Assembly (NCBI RefSeq): GCF_003334335.1
Contig: NZ_QOWQ01000238.1
DNA: 222 bases
Strand: one strand, 5' to 3'
From: Escherichia coli
GTDB taxonomy: Bacteria; Pseudomonadota; Gammaproteobacteria; Enterobacterales; Enterobacteriaceae
This document shows positions 1-222 of this stretch, piece after piece. A program made the position numbers and the translations under genes. Numbering within the stretch: position 1 is the stretch's first letter; each line of letters starts with the position of its first letter. The notes under the pieces are model-generated. The model worked only from the letters and a program-made list of their open reading frames with translations, was not told the DNA's origin and ran no database searches.

Positions 1-80
1 AATAAAACAATCATCAAATACAGAATTTTCGTAGGCTGAGGGATTGCTGAAAATAATTTAGTGCGTCCTTCAATGGTCAT
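1..80 (-). CDS. Possible 5' end of a protein-coding gene running off the window (N-terminus MTIEGRTKLFSAIPQPTKILYLMIVL...); product unknown
   Basis: The reverse complement has ATG at 80-78 followed by 26 stop-free codons to the window edge. The peptide ends in a hydrophobic stretch (ILYLMIVL) compatible with a membrane segment. Against: no Shine-Dalgarno upstream (sequence before the ATG is cagcacaatctg), G at first codon position is low (4 of 26), and the frame is also open upstream of the ATG, so the start is ambiguous. A second in-frame ATG lies at 14-12. Confidence 0.2.
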   Translation of the reverse strand, partial: MTIEGRTKLFSAIPQPTKILYLMIVL

Positions 81-118
81 CAGATTGTGCTGATGTAAAC
101 AGTTAAGCACAATTTGAT
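79..118. repeat. Imperfect inverted repeat (13-bp arms, 14-nt spacer); candidate operator or RNA stem-loop
   Basis: Read directly: 84-91 ATTGTGCT is the exact reverse complement of 106-113 AGCACAAT. Pairing extends to 79-91 against 106-118 with one G/T mismatch (83 vs 114), which would be a G-U wobble in RNA. The stem is AT-rich with only 3 G-C pairs in the perfect 8-bp core. An 8-bp inverted repeat alone is not rare in AT-rich DNA, so function is uncertain. Confidence 0.4.
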
Positions 119-137
119 TATTTGACTTTCTTCTTTT

Positions 138-153
138 TGTGACTGACTTCACA
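138..153. promoter_or_regulatory. CRP-family (cAMP receptor protein) binding site with perfect core TGTGA-N6-TCACA
   Basis: Read directly: TGTGA at 138-142, 6-bp spacer CTGACT at 143-148, TCACA at 149-153, centre between 145 and 146. This matches both consensus half-sites of the established CRP motif. The 22-bp context 135-156 is tttTGTGActgactTCACAatt with AT-rich flanks. A rough estimate puts chance occurrence of both perfect half-sites at this spacing in a window of this size and composition well below 1 in 1000. Binding is not demonstrated. Confidence 0.55.
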
Positions 154-222
154 ATTAAAGATGTAACCGTATACAAATTGTTGATGAATAAAGAGACAGC
201 ATAAGTGGCAGGCCAGTCGTAA

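Noticed and set aside
44-60. GCTGAA at 46-51 resembling the conserved Cra (FruR) left half-site, and the direct repeat GCTGA at 35-39 and 46-50
   Set aside because: The right half (TAATTTAG) does not match the Cra consensus, and the 5-bp direct repeat is too short to be significant.
73-93. Plus-strand mini-ORF ATG GTC ATC AGA TTG TGC TGA (MVIRLC)
   Set aside because: Six codons, no ribosome-binding site, and it lies inside the palindrome arm. It is the mirror image of the minus-strand ATG context and indistinguishable from chance.
122-137. Near-consensus -35 hexamer TTGACT (122-127) and T-rich tract TTCTTCTTTTT (127-137) after the 79-118 hairpin, as a possible promoter or intrinsic terminator
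   Set aside because: No acceptable -10 hexamer lies 16-19 bp downstream of TTGACT (144-151 is TGACTTCA). The hairpin is AT-rich with a 14-nt loop and the T-run starts about 10 nt after the stem, unlike a canonical rho-independent terminator.
181-198. TGAATAAAGAGACA resembling an ArgR box half (TGAAT...), and TTGAT motifs at 115-119 and 181-185 as FNR half-sites
   Set aside because: The second ARG-box half matches only 3 of 5, and neither TTGAT has an ATCAA partner at the required N4 spacing.
155-202. Minus-strand ORF ATG (202-200) to TAA (157-155), 15 codons MLSLYSSTICIRLHL
   Set aside because: No ribosome-binding site upstream and a low-complexity composition typical of random AT-rich sequence.
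139-204. Plus-strand ORF from GTG 139 to TAA 202-204 (21 codons, VTDFTIKDVTVYKLLMNKETA), with an internal ATG at 184 giving MNKETA
   Set aside because: No Shine-Dalgarno before either start, and the GTG is part of the CRP half-site TGTGA. Too short and unsupported to call a small protein.
206-215. Mini-palindrome TGGC-AG-GCCA
   Set aside because: A 4-bp stem with a 2-nt loop cannot form a stable hairpin; likely chance.
205-222. GTG GCA GGC CAG TCG TAA (VAGQS) directly after the stop at 202-204, with AAGAG about 10 nt upstream; could resemble a leader peptide
   Set aside because: Five codons with a weak start and weak Shine-Dalgarno, and no downstream attenuator structure is visible in the window.
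118-222. Minus-strand frame open from the 222 edge to a stop at 120-118, which could be the 3' end of a gene entering from beyond 222
   Set aside because: Only 34 stop-free codons, not unusual for this composition, and it would place the perfect CRP site inside a coding region. No coding bias is evident.
1-222. Screen for tRNA, rRNA, CRISPR repeats, insertion-sequence terminal inverted repeats and integrase attachment-like direct repeats
   Set aside because: No cloverleaf-compatible structure, no regularly spaced direct repeats, and no terminal inverted repeats flanking the window were seen.

Overview
This 222-bp window is AT-rich (about 34% G+C by hand count) and contains no complete gene that I can support. 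It reads most like an intergenic regulatory region. The strongest signal is a perfect CRP-type core, TGTGA-N6-TCACA, at 138-153. A second, imperfect inverted repeat at 79-118 has arms (ATTGTGCT / AGCACAAT) that resemble the CRP half-sites and could be an operator or an RNA hairpin. An ATG at 80-78 on the minus strand opens a frame that runs off the window at position 1, but it has no Shine-Dalgarno and weak coding character, so it is a low-confidence gene start. One minus-strand frame is stop-free across the whole window, yet shows no codon-position asymmetry, so I do not call the window coding. I found no tRNA, rRNA, CRISPR repeats, mobile-element ends or convincing intrinsic terminator. I do not recognise the locus or organism, and nothing here by itself establishes a novel system; the window is best treated as a candidate cAMP-CRP-controlled promoter region whose flanking genes lie outside it.
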